Source of the DNA: a virus
Taxonomy: Duplodnaviria; Caudoviricetes
DNA length: 64,000 nt
Virus record (IMG/VR): IMGVR_UViG_3300037484_000235
Span: 96,001 to 160,000 of that record
Reading direction: 5' to 3' (one strand)
Below, in pieces: positions 15,967 to 23,513 of the stretch. Made by a program: the position numbers and the translations under genes. The notes under the pieces were generated by a model, which was given only the letters and a program-made list of their open reading frames with translations, was not told the origin of the DNA and searched no databases. Numbering within the stretch: the first letter of the stretch is position 1; each line of letters starts with the position of its first letter.

Positions 15967-16047
15967 ATCAGCCAGGGGCTGAACCTGCTTTGAACACAGT
16001 GTGGGCCTGTCAAAGGGTCTGGGTTTCGAGTACTCTGTCTTCCGCCA
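15958..16047 (+). tRNA. tRNA-Ser(TGA)
   Basis: ggaagat/gtcttcc acceptor, loop ttTGAac, long variable arm; weak anticodon stem. Confidence 0.75.
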
Positions 16048-16049
16048 AC

Positions 16050-16229
16050 ATGCCAGTCGAATTCAAATGTGTGGGTGGGGCCCATCTCCCGGTGGGGTGC
16101 GGGGCTGTATTCACATGGCCTGAGCCACCGCCGCACAGCGATCGGTACTGCCACAAGTGCGGCAACCTCTACGTCCAGTGGGTGAACTACGAGAAGTGGA
16201 TTGCCTGGCTGGCCAAGTCCGGTGGTTGA
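16050..16229 (+). CDS. small Zn-finger protein
   Basis: CxxxxxxxxxC..YCHKCGNLY. Confidence 0.6.
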   Translation: MPVEFKCVGGAHLPVGCGAVFTWPEPPPHSDRYCHKCGNLYVQWVNYEKWIAWLAKSGG

Positions 16230-16286
16230 TCCGCCTTTGTTGTGGTCATACCTGTGCAGAGCCACAGGACTACCGAAACGCGTGAG

Positions 16287-16571
16287 TTACAGAATAGGTA
16301 GTTCCGTTACAGGATCTTGAAACTCTATCCTGAAGTCAGAGAGTTCCGATTCCGTGAGAACGGTGAGAAGCTGTGTTAGTGCACCCTGTTGGAGGGTAGA
16401 CATCTCACGTTTGTTCGGGAATTCCCGAGCTATGAAGATTCGGCTGCTAGATTCAGAGAAGGTTCTCTCAAACCTGGCAGTAATCAAAGCTTGTGATTCT
16501 CTGGATAGAGAGTAGGTGTCCCCGTCCCGATTGGAGGATGTGTAGATAACGAGGGTCTCTTTTGTCGCCAT
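16287..16571 (-). CDS. hypothetical protein
   Basis: MATKETLV.. start chosen outside the tRNA-Ser overlap. Confidence 0.55.
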   Translation of the reverse strand: MATKETLVIYTSSNRDGDTYSLSRESQALITARFERTFSESSSRIFIAREFPNKREMSTLQQGALTQLLTVLTESELSDFRIEFQDPVTELPIL

Positions 16572-16587
16572 GGGAGACCATACCTTT

Positions 16588-16676
16588 GGAAGGTGAATCG
16601 GCCAGGGGCCGAGCTGGTTTCGAAAGCCATGCGGGCCCATCAAGGGTCTGGGGATCAAGACCTCCGCCTTCCGCCA
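16588..16676 (+). tRNA. tRNA-Ser(CGA)
   Basis: tggt-ttCGAaa-gcca, long variable arm, GCCA. Confidence 0.85.
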
Positions 16677-16873
16677 ATGTAACACCTGCGCTTTTCCCTG
16701 AGTTGAAGCTCATCGCAAAGCACCATGTAGGCTCCGTGGTAAGCGGTGTCCGGGGTGGTGTTCTCGTCTTCAGGCAAGTCATCGTCATCCATTTCGGAAC
16801 GGGGCCTGCCCCCTTCGAGGTGTGAGACTAGGGCTTCGATTGTGGCCTTGAGTTGATTCTTGGTGAGTCGCAT
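16655..16873 (-). CDS. small acidic hypothetical protein
   Basis: 72-aa ORF with protein-like composition. Confidence 0.45.
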   Translation of the reverse strand: MRLTKNQLKATIEALVSHLEGGRPRSEMDDDDLPEDENTTPDTAYHGAYMVLCDELQLREKRRCYIGGRRRS

Positions 16874-16929
16874 ACTCTCTCATGCGCGTGAGCACGGCTC
16901 TGGTTGCAGGAGGGCGTAAGTAAAAGTTC

Positions 16930-16990
16930 GGGGAGGTGCTCGCGGGAGCTAGTGCACTAAAGCCAGATTCGACTTCTGGCCTCTCCACCG
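16930..16990 (+). ncRNA. mini tRNA-Ala-like RNA lacking anticodon
   Basis: ggggagg/cctctcc with G3:U70, A73; D and T arms; anticodon arm reduced to tagtgcacta. Confidence 0.65.
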
Positions 16991-16992
16991 TT

Positions 16993-17079
16993 GGAAGCTG
17001 AATTGGTGATGGCACCAAGCTTGATTGCTAATCAATGCGTGCCTACGGGCATGGGGTTCGAATCCTCCGGTTTCCGCCA
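16993..17079 (+). tRNA. tRNA-Ser(GCT)
   Basis: ttga-ttGCTaa-tcaa, long variable arm, GCCA. Confidence 0.85.
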
Positions 17080-17134
17080 AGCAATCGTGTAAGAAGTCCT
17101 CTCCCGGCCGTTAGTGGGGTGAGGAAAGAACATC

Positions 17135-17300
17135 GGGGATTTAGCACAATGGTAGTGCTCTCCAACCGGGTGATACCGGCAGGGGTGGTCTAGAGGCGAG
17201 GAGATCCGACGGAGGGGTAGCTGCCCGAGTCGACTCCAAGAATCTAGGGCGGTGGGGCGAAAGCTCCACGGAGTGGGTTCGAGTCCCACAATCTCCACCA
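17135..17300 (+). ncRNA. Ala-identity tRNA frame with ~105-nt insert
   Basis: ggggatt/aatctcc (G3:U70), ACCA end, D arm gcac/gtgc, ctcc/ggag stem enclosing the insert. Confidence 0.7.
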
Positions 17301-17459
17301 CGAGATCAGACGTGCATCACTCTTAATGGTGTACTGAGGAGTGGGGTGCCGCTAGCGTACTACGTTGGCTTGGAGGGAACTGATCATCCTTCTGGGCCAT
17401 CGCGGACAGGCCGATGGCTGACGTTTAGGGACATCTTGTTTGCGGTCTCGTGCTTTTCG

Positions 17460-17571
17460 CGTTCGGTTCGGGGAGAGCTTCGATTGAGCTGGTTTGTACA
17501 GACTAGGTGAAATAGTCCGACGCTCAGGGATACCAGGGCGTTGCTTGATCAGTCTCTCCCCCAACCGAACG
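17460..17571 (+). ncRNA. long-stem RNA, Y-RNA candidate upstream of rsr
   Basis: cgttcggtt/aaccgaacg, ggggagag/ctctcccc and gattgagc/gcttgatc stems with two apical hairpins. Confidence 0.5.
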
Positions 17572-17578
17572 ACAGTTT

Positions 17579-17653
17579 GCGGCTGAGGTGCCTACGGTAG
17601 CACGCGGCGTTGCCAATGCTGAGGCGCGGGTTCGACTCCCGCCAGCCGCTCCA
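17579..17653 (+). tRNA. tRNA-Gly(GCC)
   Basis: cggcg-ttGCCaa-tgctg, CCA. Confidence 0.9.
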
Positions 17654-17691
17654 CGAAGGAATCCTGTTCAGTTGTCAGTGGCACAGATCAG

Positions 17692-19359
17692 ATGAAAGAG
17701 GGGAATTACATCATGGCAAATCGAAAGCTTTTCGCGTCCGCTCCGGCTGGTCGGGTAGCACCGCCCACCGACACTGTGAACTCTGCTGGTGGTCGAGCCT
17801 ACAAGGCTGGTCCGAAGGAGGCGCTCGCCCAGTACGTGGCGACCGGCTGCCTTGGGGCAACCTTCTACGCTTCGGCTGAGGAGCAGCTCGATGAGATCCT
17901 CAAGCTCGCGTCCGACGTGAGCCCGGAGTTCGTCGCACAGGCGGCCGTCTACGGACGTCGGTCTGCGTTCATGAAGGACACTCCGGCGCTTCTGCTCGCG
18001 CACCTGGCGACCCGTGGTCCAGAGGGTCTTGCTGCGCTCAAGGCGGCATTCAACCAGGTCGTAGACAACCCGAAGATGCTCCGCACCTTCGTGCAGATCA
18101 TGCGCTCGGGCAAGGTCGGCCGGAAGTCACTCGGCACCGCACCCAAGACCCTGGTCAAGGCGTGGTTCGATGCACGTTCTGACGTGCAGCTCTTCCGTGC
18201 GACCGGTGACAAGCCGTCGCTTGCGGACGTGATCAAGATGGTCCACCCCAAGCCCCAGAACGCGGCTCGGAAGGCCCTCTACGCCCTCCTGGTGGGCAAG
18301 AGCTACGACCTCGATGCGTGCGATGCACTCGTCCAGGAGTTCGAGGCGTGGAAGAAGGATCCGTCGCGGCCAGTACCGGACGTTCCCTTCCTCATGCTCA
18401 CGAACGTCCAGCTCGACAAGAAGCAGTGGGTGGCTATCGCCCGGTCGGCTTCCTGGCAGACCGCACGCATGAACCTCAACACGTTCCTGCGTCACGGTGT
18501 GTTCGAGGACAAGGCAATGATCAAGGTCATTGCGGCCAAGCTGCGGGATGAGTCGGAGATTGCTCATGCACGGGTCTTCCCGTACCAGCTTCTCGTCGCG
18601 TACCGGAACGTCTCTGGCGTTCCGATGGAGATCCAGAGCGCCCTCCAGGACGCGATGGAGATCGCAACGAAGAACGTTCCTGTGATCGATGGGACCGTCG
18701 CTGTCTTCCCAGACGTGTCGGGTTCCATGTGCAGCCCGGTCACGGGTGCACGGGGTTCCGCAACCACCAAGGTCGAGTGCAAGGACGTAGCGGCGCTAGT
18801 GGCCGCTACGATTCTCCGGCGCAACCCTGGTGCGCGCGTGGTTCCCTTCAAGGAGGACGTGATCAACCTTCGGCTCAACCCGAAGGACAGCATCGTCACC
18901 ATCGCGGAGCAGATCGCGAAGTGTGGCTCGGGCGGCACCAACTGCTCGGCACCACTGCGCCTCCTGAACTCTGAGAAGGCCAAGGCGGACCTTATCGTCT
19001 ACGTCTCAGACAACGAGTCGTGGATGGATCCAAACGTCTCCCTCAACTCGTACTCCTCGGGGTACACCAGCTCGCCAACGAGCATGATGGCGGAGTGGGA
19101 GAAGTTCCGCGTCCGCAACCCGGCGGCAAAGCTCGCCTGCATCGACCTCGCGCCCAACGGTTCTCGTCAGGCACCAACTCGCAAGGACATCCTGAATGTC
19201 GGAGGCTTCTCTGACGAGGTCTTCACCCTGCTCTCCGAGTTCCACAAGGGCTCGGGAGGCGACCACTGGGCGAAGAAGATCGGGAGTGTTCAGCTCGGTC
19301 GTGAAGTCCCAGTCGCACCCGTGAAGCCCACGGGTGGAACTGATTGGGTGACCCTCTAA
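17692..19359 (+). CDS. rsr: Ro60/TROVE-VWA RNA-binding protein
   Basis: DTVNSAGGRAY..TGCLGATFYASAEEQL TROVE N-terminus; SWQTARMNLNTF; VWA MIDAS DVSGSM; GGTNCSAP; SDNESW. Confidence 0.95.
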   Translation: MKEGNYIMANRKLFASAPAGRVAPPTDTVNSAGGRAYKAGPKEALAQYVATGCLGATFYASAEEQLDEILKLASDVSPEFVAQAAVYGRRSAFMKDTPALLLAHLATRGPEGLAALKAAFNQVVDNPKMLRTFVQIMRSGKVGRKSLGTAPKTLVKAWFDARSDVQLFRATGDKPSLADVIKMVHPKPQNAARKALYALLVGKSYDLDACDALVQEFEAWKKDPSRPVPDVPFLMLTNVQLDKKQWVAIARSASWQTARMNLNTFLRHGVFEDKAMIKVIAAKLRDESEIAHARVFPYQLLVAYRNVSGVPMEIQSALQDAMEIATKNVPVIDGTVAVFPDVSGSMCSPVTGARGSATTKVECKDVAALVAATILRRNPGARVVPFKEDVINLRLNPKDSIVTIAEQIAKCGSGGTNCSAPLRLLNSEKAKADLIVYVSDNESWMDPNVSLNSYSSGYTSSPTSMMAEWEKFRVRNPAAKLACIDLAPNGSRQAPTRKDILNVGGFSDEVFTLLSEFHKGSGGDHWAKKIGSVQLGREVPVAPVKPTGGTDWVTL

Positions 19360-19367
19360 CCAAATGG

Positions 19368-19468
19368 TGGTCTTTTTCGTCCCCTACACAAGTCGAAGTC
19401 ACAACTCCAAGTGACGCCACGCCAGAAGTCGAGCCTGGGGCGGTTTGTGTGGGGGGCGAAGAAGGTCA
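19368..19468 (+). ncRNA. Y RNA candidate downstream of rsr (YrlB position)
   Basis: about 26-bp terminal stem followed by GTCGAAG (GNCGAAN0-1G motif) and two apical hairpins. Confidence 0.7.
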
Positions 19469-19473
19469 TCTAT

Positions 19474-19548
19474 GCCGGTGATGCTCCATGGCGGGGCACC
19501 CATTTCGTACGTGGGACTCAGAGGGTTCGATTCCCTCCATCGGCTCCA
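19474..19548 (+). tRNA. tRNA-Thr(CGT)
   Basis: cccat-ttCGTac-gtggg, CCA. Confidence 0.85.
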
Positions 19549-19694
19549 AAGCAAACAGAAGGGATCTACATGCAACGCCGCCTAAGGTTCGCGCTCCTCA
19601 CTACACCACTGCCACGTCTTCTCGTACTCGTCCTAGCGCCCCTTGCTGGACTTCGACTTGACTGGGCCATTGGTAAGTTCTAGACATTGCATAC

Positions 19695-19766
19695 GCCCTC
19701 TTAGCTCAGTGGTAGAGCACCGGTTTTGTAAACCGGGGGTCGTGGGTTCAATTCCCATCGAGGGCT
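19695..19766 (+). tRNA. tRNA-Thr(TGT)
   Basis: ccggt-ttTGTaa-accgg. Confidence 0.9.
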
Positions 19767-19778
19767 CCGAGTTAGTGT

Positions 19779-20552
19779 TCATGCTTCCGCAGGCTCGTAG
19801 GAGTGGGCCATCTGATTTTCACTCAGATTGTAGCGGGTTCGAATCCCGTCGGGAGTACCAAGATGAGGGACGGATCGCGGCTTTGAGGGCTTCGTCGTGA
19901 AGGTGGGTTCCGAAAAGTGTTCGGCGTCTCCTTTGAGAGCGAGTTGCATCCACACTTCGAGTTTCTGCCGTAGTTCGGTCCCCTTTCGTACACCTAGACT
20001 TCCAGTTCCTTTTGTTTGTGTTCTTCGTGTGGACTTAGAAACTGTAGCTTTGGTCATTTGAATTTGGTCCTCACTCAAGCCTAGAGTCTCGGACCACCAT
20101 TTTGGTATCTCAGGAGAAGGCTCGTGAACCTTGACTTTGAACACAATTCTGTCTTTGGGGATACCCACGATCTCCAAGAAGCGTATAAAGGCACGGTGGA
20201 CGAGAGGGTCACAATTTGAGATGCTTGCATCTGCTGGACTCATCTTGCTCCCTTCCCCAATATACAGACCAAGACCCAACATGAAATCACTTCTTAGAGA
20301 GAAACTGGACCAATCTTCTCTCGCCTTGGTGTAGTATGCCTCCCACCTTTGAACCCTGTTACTCTGTACGACTTCCAGTGCTCGTTCGAGGTTTCCAACA
20401 TTGCGCTCTTCCGGAGACCTGCTAGTCTCTACATCTCTTACCCAGACAGAAACCGAAGACTTGGATACCCCAAGCCGGGCTGCAATGTACCCCAGGCTGA
20501 AATCTTGGGCTCTTAGTTCTCTGGCACATTCTCTAGCAATGCCTTTTGTCAT
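19779..20552 (-). CDS. HTH plus LAGLIDADG-like endonuclease
   Basis: SLGYIAARLGVSKSSVSVWVR HTH; GLGLYIGEGSK..ISNCDP..VFKVKVHE. Confidence 0.7.
   Translation of the reverse strand: MTKGIARECARELRAQDFSLGYIAARLGVSKSSVSVWVRDVETSRSPEERNVGNLERALEVVQSNRVQRWEAYYTKAREDWSSFSLRSDFMLGLGLYIGEGSKMSPADASISNCDPLVHRAFIRFLEIVGIPKDRIVFKVKVHEPSPEIPKWWSETLGLSEDQIQMTKATVSKSTRRTQTKGTGSLGVRKGTELRQKLEVWMQLALKGDAEHFSEPTFTTKPSKPRSVPHLGTPDGIRTRYNLSENQMAHSYEPAEA
19783..19860 (+). tRNA. tRNA-Glu(TTC)
   Basis: tctga-ttTTCac-tcaga, CCA. Confidence 0.85.
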
Positions 20553-20627
20553 GTGGTGAACATAAGTCGAACCCTGGTTACTGTCAAGGACGCGTCGCAA
20601 ATAGAACCTCAAGGCCAAGGTAGTTGA

Positions 20628-20702
20628 TCGGGAGTAGAACAATGGCAGTTCAGCGGCCTTTGAAGCCGTCTGTTGGGGGTTCGAATCCCTCCTCCCGAAC
20701 CA
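20628..20702 (+). tRNA. tRNA-Gln(TTG)
   Basis: gcggc-ctTTGaa-gccgt, CCA. Confidence 0.9.
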
Positions 20703-20854
20703 AGATGGAAAAGGAACCACACGTGGAAGAAGCACACCCAATCCTAGTGGGGAAAGGGTTCGTCTACGTGCCATTCCCTTTCGTGGAATGGTTATGTGTT
20801 CCTGAGGAAGAGGTTTTTCAGAAGAGGTTTCCTCTTGTGGGCCCAAGTTTCCGA

Positions 20855-20928
20855 TCGGGGATAGATCAACGGTAGATCAGCGTCCTTTGAAGTCGCGTAT
20901 GAGGGTTCGATTCCCCCTCCCCGAACCA
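20855..20928 (+). tRNA. tRNA-Gln(TTG), second copy
   Basis: loop ctTTGaa, CCA. Confidence 0.85.
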
Positions 20929-20947
20929 AGCGGCGTAAGGTGTCGAA

Positions 20948-21640
20948 GTGAAACACTTCAAGAATGCCCACGCCATCCTGCCAGTTGTCCATGTGCAGGA
21001 CGAAGCCCAGGCCATCCGCATGTCCCTCATGGTGCAATCGGCTGGAGCCGATGGTGTCTTTCTGATTGGACATGGTATGGGGTCCAAAGAACTGGCAGGG
21101 ATCTTGTGTACCGTGCGTCAGCACCTTCCGGATTTCTGGTTGGGTGTCAATTTCCTCGATTTGGATCCCTTCGGTGCCTTTCGACAAATTGAGACCCTCC
21201 TTACGGGTGGCACTCAGATCGATGGGGTGTGGACGGACCAGAGCTTCACCCGTCCGGACTACATTGTAAGGCTGGACGCAGTCCGGGCCCGGCTTCCCCA
21301 TGTGTGCTACTTCGGAGGGACTGCATTCAAATACCAGCCACAGCCCAAGGACGTAGAGAGTGCGGCACGTACGGCGTCTGAGCGCATGGACTTCGTGACG
21401 ACGTCTGGGCCCGGTACGGGTCAGGCTGCGAACATCAGCAAGATGCAGGCGATGAAAAGTGGTGTTGGGACGGGCTCCCTTGCTCTCGCAAGTGGTATCA
21501 CACCGGAGAACGTTACTCAGTATCTGCCGTACGTGGATGCCCTCTTGGTTGCGACGGGCATCAGCCTCAACTTCCGAGAGTTTGACCGGGCAAAGCTCGA
21601 TCAGTTGGTGACAAACGTGCGTGGTTGGAAATTCGCATGA
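20948..21640 (+). CDS. BtpA/SgcQ-family TIM-barrel protein
   Basis: ILPVVHV..GADGVFLI..VTTSGPGTG..ASGITPENVTQYLPYVDALLVATG. Confidence 0.75.
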   Translation: MKHFKNAHAILPVVHVQDEAQAIRMSLMVQSAGADGVFLIGHGMGSKELAGILCTVRQHLPDFWLGVNFLDLDPFGAFRQIETLLTGGTQIDGVWTDQSFTRPDYIVRLDAVRARLPHVCYFGGTAFKYQPQPKDVESAARTASERMDFVTTSGPGTGQAANISKMQAMKSGVGTGSLALASGITPENVTQYLPYVDALLVATGISLNFREFDRAKLDQLVTNVRGWKFA

Positions 21641-21692
21641 AGCCCTGATTATTCCAGGTAGTTTAGACACCTAAGGTGTAAGGTGTCGGGCG

Positions 21693-22340
21693 ATGAATCA
21701 GCACGGGGGTTCTTCAGCCATCTTGTTTCACGGCCCTGGGGCCGAGAGCGCGGCTCACACCGCAGCTAAACTACATGGCCTCGTGGTGCCCTTTGGGGCC
21801 TCTGGAGAGGCTTTGAAGAAGGATGACGCCCGAGAGCTGGTTGCATTGCTTACGCAGACTCCAGTGGGGTCTAGGGCCTGGGCAGTGGCCGTTGGGCCCT
21901 TGGACGAGATTTCCCCGGCAGTAGCTGATGTGCTTCTCAAGACGCTTGAGGACTTCAACCCAGCTGGTATTCGTCCATTCCTGTGGGCTTGGGACTTGGG
22001 TGGGGTCATTCCCACGATTCGATCCAGGTGCTTGCAGGAGTTTGTGCCTGGTGAGGATGAACGCATTGTATCCAGTCGGACCCAAGCTGAAAAGCTCGTC
22101 TCGGCATACATCCAGAAAAACTGGACTGACCTGGTGACTGAGCTGAAGGAATCCAAGGGGGACGAGGAATTCGTGCTGCTGGCCACCGTGGAAGTCCTCC
22201 AATCCAGACTGGGGGAAGAGCCCATCAAGGAAGATCTCCTTCGTCTTTGGGGATCCCTCCGCAATGTCTTCATGACGCGGGAAGCCCCATTCACACCCGC
22301 TCGTGTGCTGTCTGCGTTCATGGTGGGACTCAAAACATGA
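21693..22340 (+). CDS. holB: DNA pol III delta-prime-like subunit
   Basis: ADVLLKTLED..IPTIRSRC (sensor/SRC motif). Confidence 0.75.
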   Translation: MNQHGGSSAILFHGPGAESAAHTAAKLHGLVVPFGASGEALKKDDARELVALLTQTPVGSRAWAVAVGPLDEISPAVADVLLKTLEDFNPAGIRPFLWAWDLGGVIPTIRSRCLQEFVPGEDERIVSSRTQAEKLVSAYIQKNWTDLVTELKESKGDEEFVLLATVEVLQSRLGEEPIKEDLLRLWGSLRNVFMTREAPFTPARVLSAFMVGLKT

Positions 22341-23299
22341 GCGAGGAGAACACCACACCCGTTCTTCTCGTGGGCGGTTCCGATGAGTATCAGCGTCGAA
22401 GGCTGGTCAACAAGGTCGTAAGCACTCGGCGTGGCGAGGGGTGGAGCGTCATGCCTGTCGACGGCAAGGAAGAGGGGGCGTTGAACCCCGTGTTCGCCAT
22501 GTCTTCGATGTTCGAGGGGTCGACCTTGTGTGTGGTGAGCAATCCAGAGAAGCTTCCGGTGGCCGTTGTAGCCGACCACATACAGTCCCCGGATCCTAAG
22601 GTGGTGTTGCTCCTGGTGGCTGAGGGCGACAAGCTTTCCGGACCCATCTTTGATCTGGTGCCCAAGGGGTGTGTGAAGACCTTTGCCCTTCCCCCGTTCT
22701 ACAAGCTCGACGAACATGCTGCGGCCTTCGTGCAGAACGAGGTAAAGGCCCGGGGGAGCAAGATCGAATCGGGGCTGGCTTCCTCCTGGGTTCGACGCGT
22801 CGGGAATGACCTTGGGGTGTTGTCGTTTGAGGTGCAGAAGGCCGTGCTGTTTGCGGGTGATGGGGTTGAACTAACTGCTTCCCACCTGAGAGAGACCCTC
22901 GCGGCTCTTTCAGAGACGGATGGATCTGCGGTCTTGGAAGCTCTTGGAAGGAAAGATTCTAAGCACCTATCCATGGAGATGCAGAAGTACCGTCAGTCCA
23001 GGGGCGGGGACCCTACGATCGAGCTGTGTGGACGTACTTTGACTCCGTCCCTTACTCGTTGGCTTCAAGCTGCACACCTTGCCCAAGCCGGAATGTCCTC
23101 GGCAGCAGCAGCTGGAAGTGTGGGGGCAAACCCTTGGTACTGGGAGCACAAGATTCTTCCTTACGCAATGCGTTCTGGGGTCGTTGGGTGTGCTCGCATG
23201 CTCGGTATCGTGGCAGACGCACAGACCCTGGTCTTCCGTGGCGGGATCAATCCGTTTGCCTATCTGGAAGCCTCTTTTCTGGCCTTTTTTCAGGGGTGA
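22337..23299 (+). CDS. holA: DNA pol III delta-like subunit
   Basis: LLVGGSDEYQRRR..RVGNDLGVLSFEVQKAVLF..AVLEALGRKD. Confidence 0.75.
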   Translation: MSEENTTPVLLVGGSDEYQRRRLVNKVVSTRRGEGWSVMPVDGKEEGALNPVFAMSSMFEGSTLCVVSNPEKLPVAVVADHIQSPDPKVVLLLVAEGDKLSGPIFDLVPKGCVKTFALPPFYKLDEHAAAFVQNEVKARGSKIESGLASSWVRRVGNDLGVLSFEVQKAVLFAGDGVELTASHLRETLAALSETDGSAVLEALGRKDSKHLSMEMQKYRQSRGGDPTIELCGRTLTPSLTRWLQAAHLAQAGMSSAAAAGSVGANPWYWEHKILPYAMRSGVVGCARMLGIVADAQTLVFRGGINPFAYLEASFLAFFQG

Positions 23300-23513
23300 C
23301 GGTTCTCCCTCTCATTTTCCTATAGACCTCCCTTCTTACGAACCCAGTGCCGAGTTCGGGGTGTCAGCCTGGTGCAGTTCTCTTGGAGTGGCGGAGAGAA
23401 CTGCGGCTGAGATTCAGATGACAACGCCACGATTCCGCATCCGCACAAATGGAGCCCCCATGAGCGACGCAGGTTCTCTTTTCCCTAATCTCCAAATCGC
23501 AAACGGGGTTCAC

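Noticed and set aside
17085-17130. RNase P RNA (AAGAAGTCC / GAGGAAAG)
   Set aside because: Only fragmentary similarity; no 3' CR-V motif and no room for the fold
6560-17301. Numerous 60-200 aa ORFs over tRNA genes and long antisense ORFs (e.g. 12687-13505, 24051-24935, 48978-49886)
   Set aside because: They are shadows of RNA genes or in-register antisense frames of real genes, with no protein-like features
23079-23513. N-terminal extension of nrdJ as given in the ORF track
   Set aside because: It overlaps holA, and RNR homology starts near MKSDG..VYTRTY at 23514
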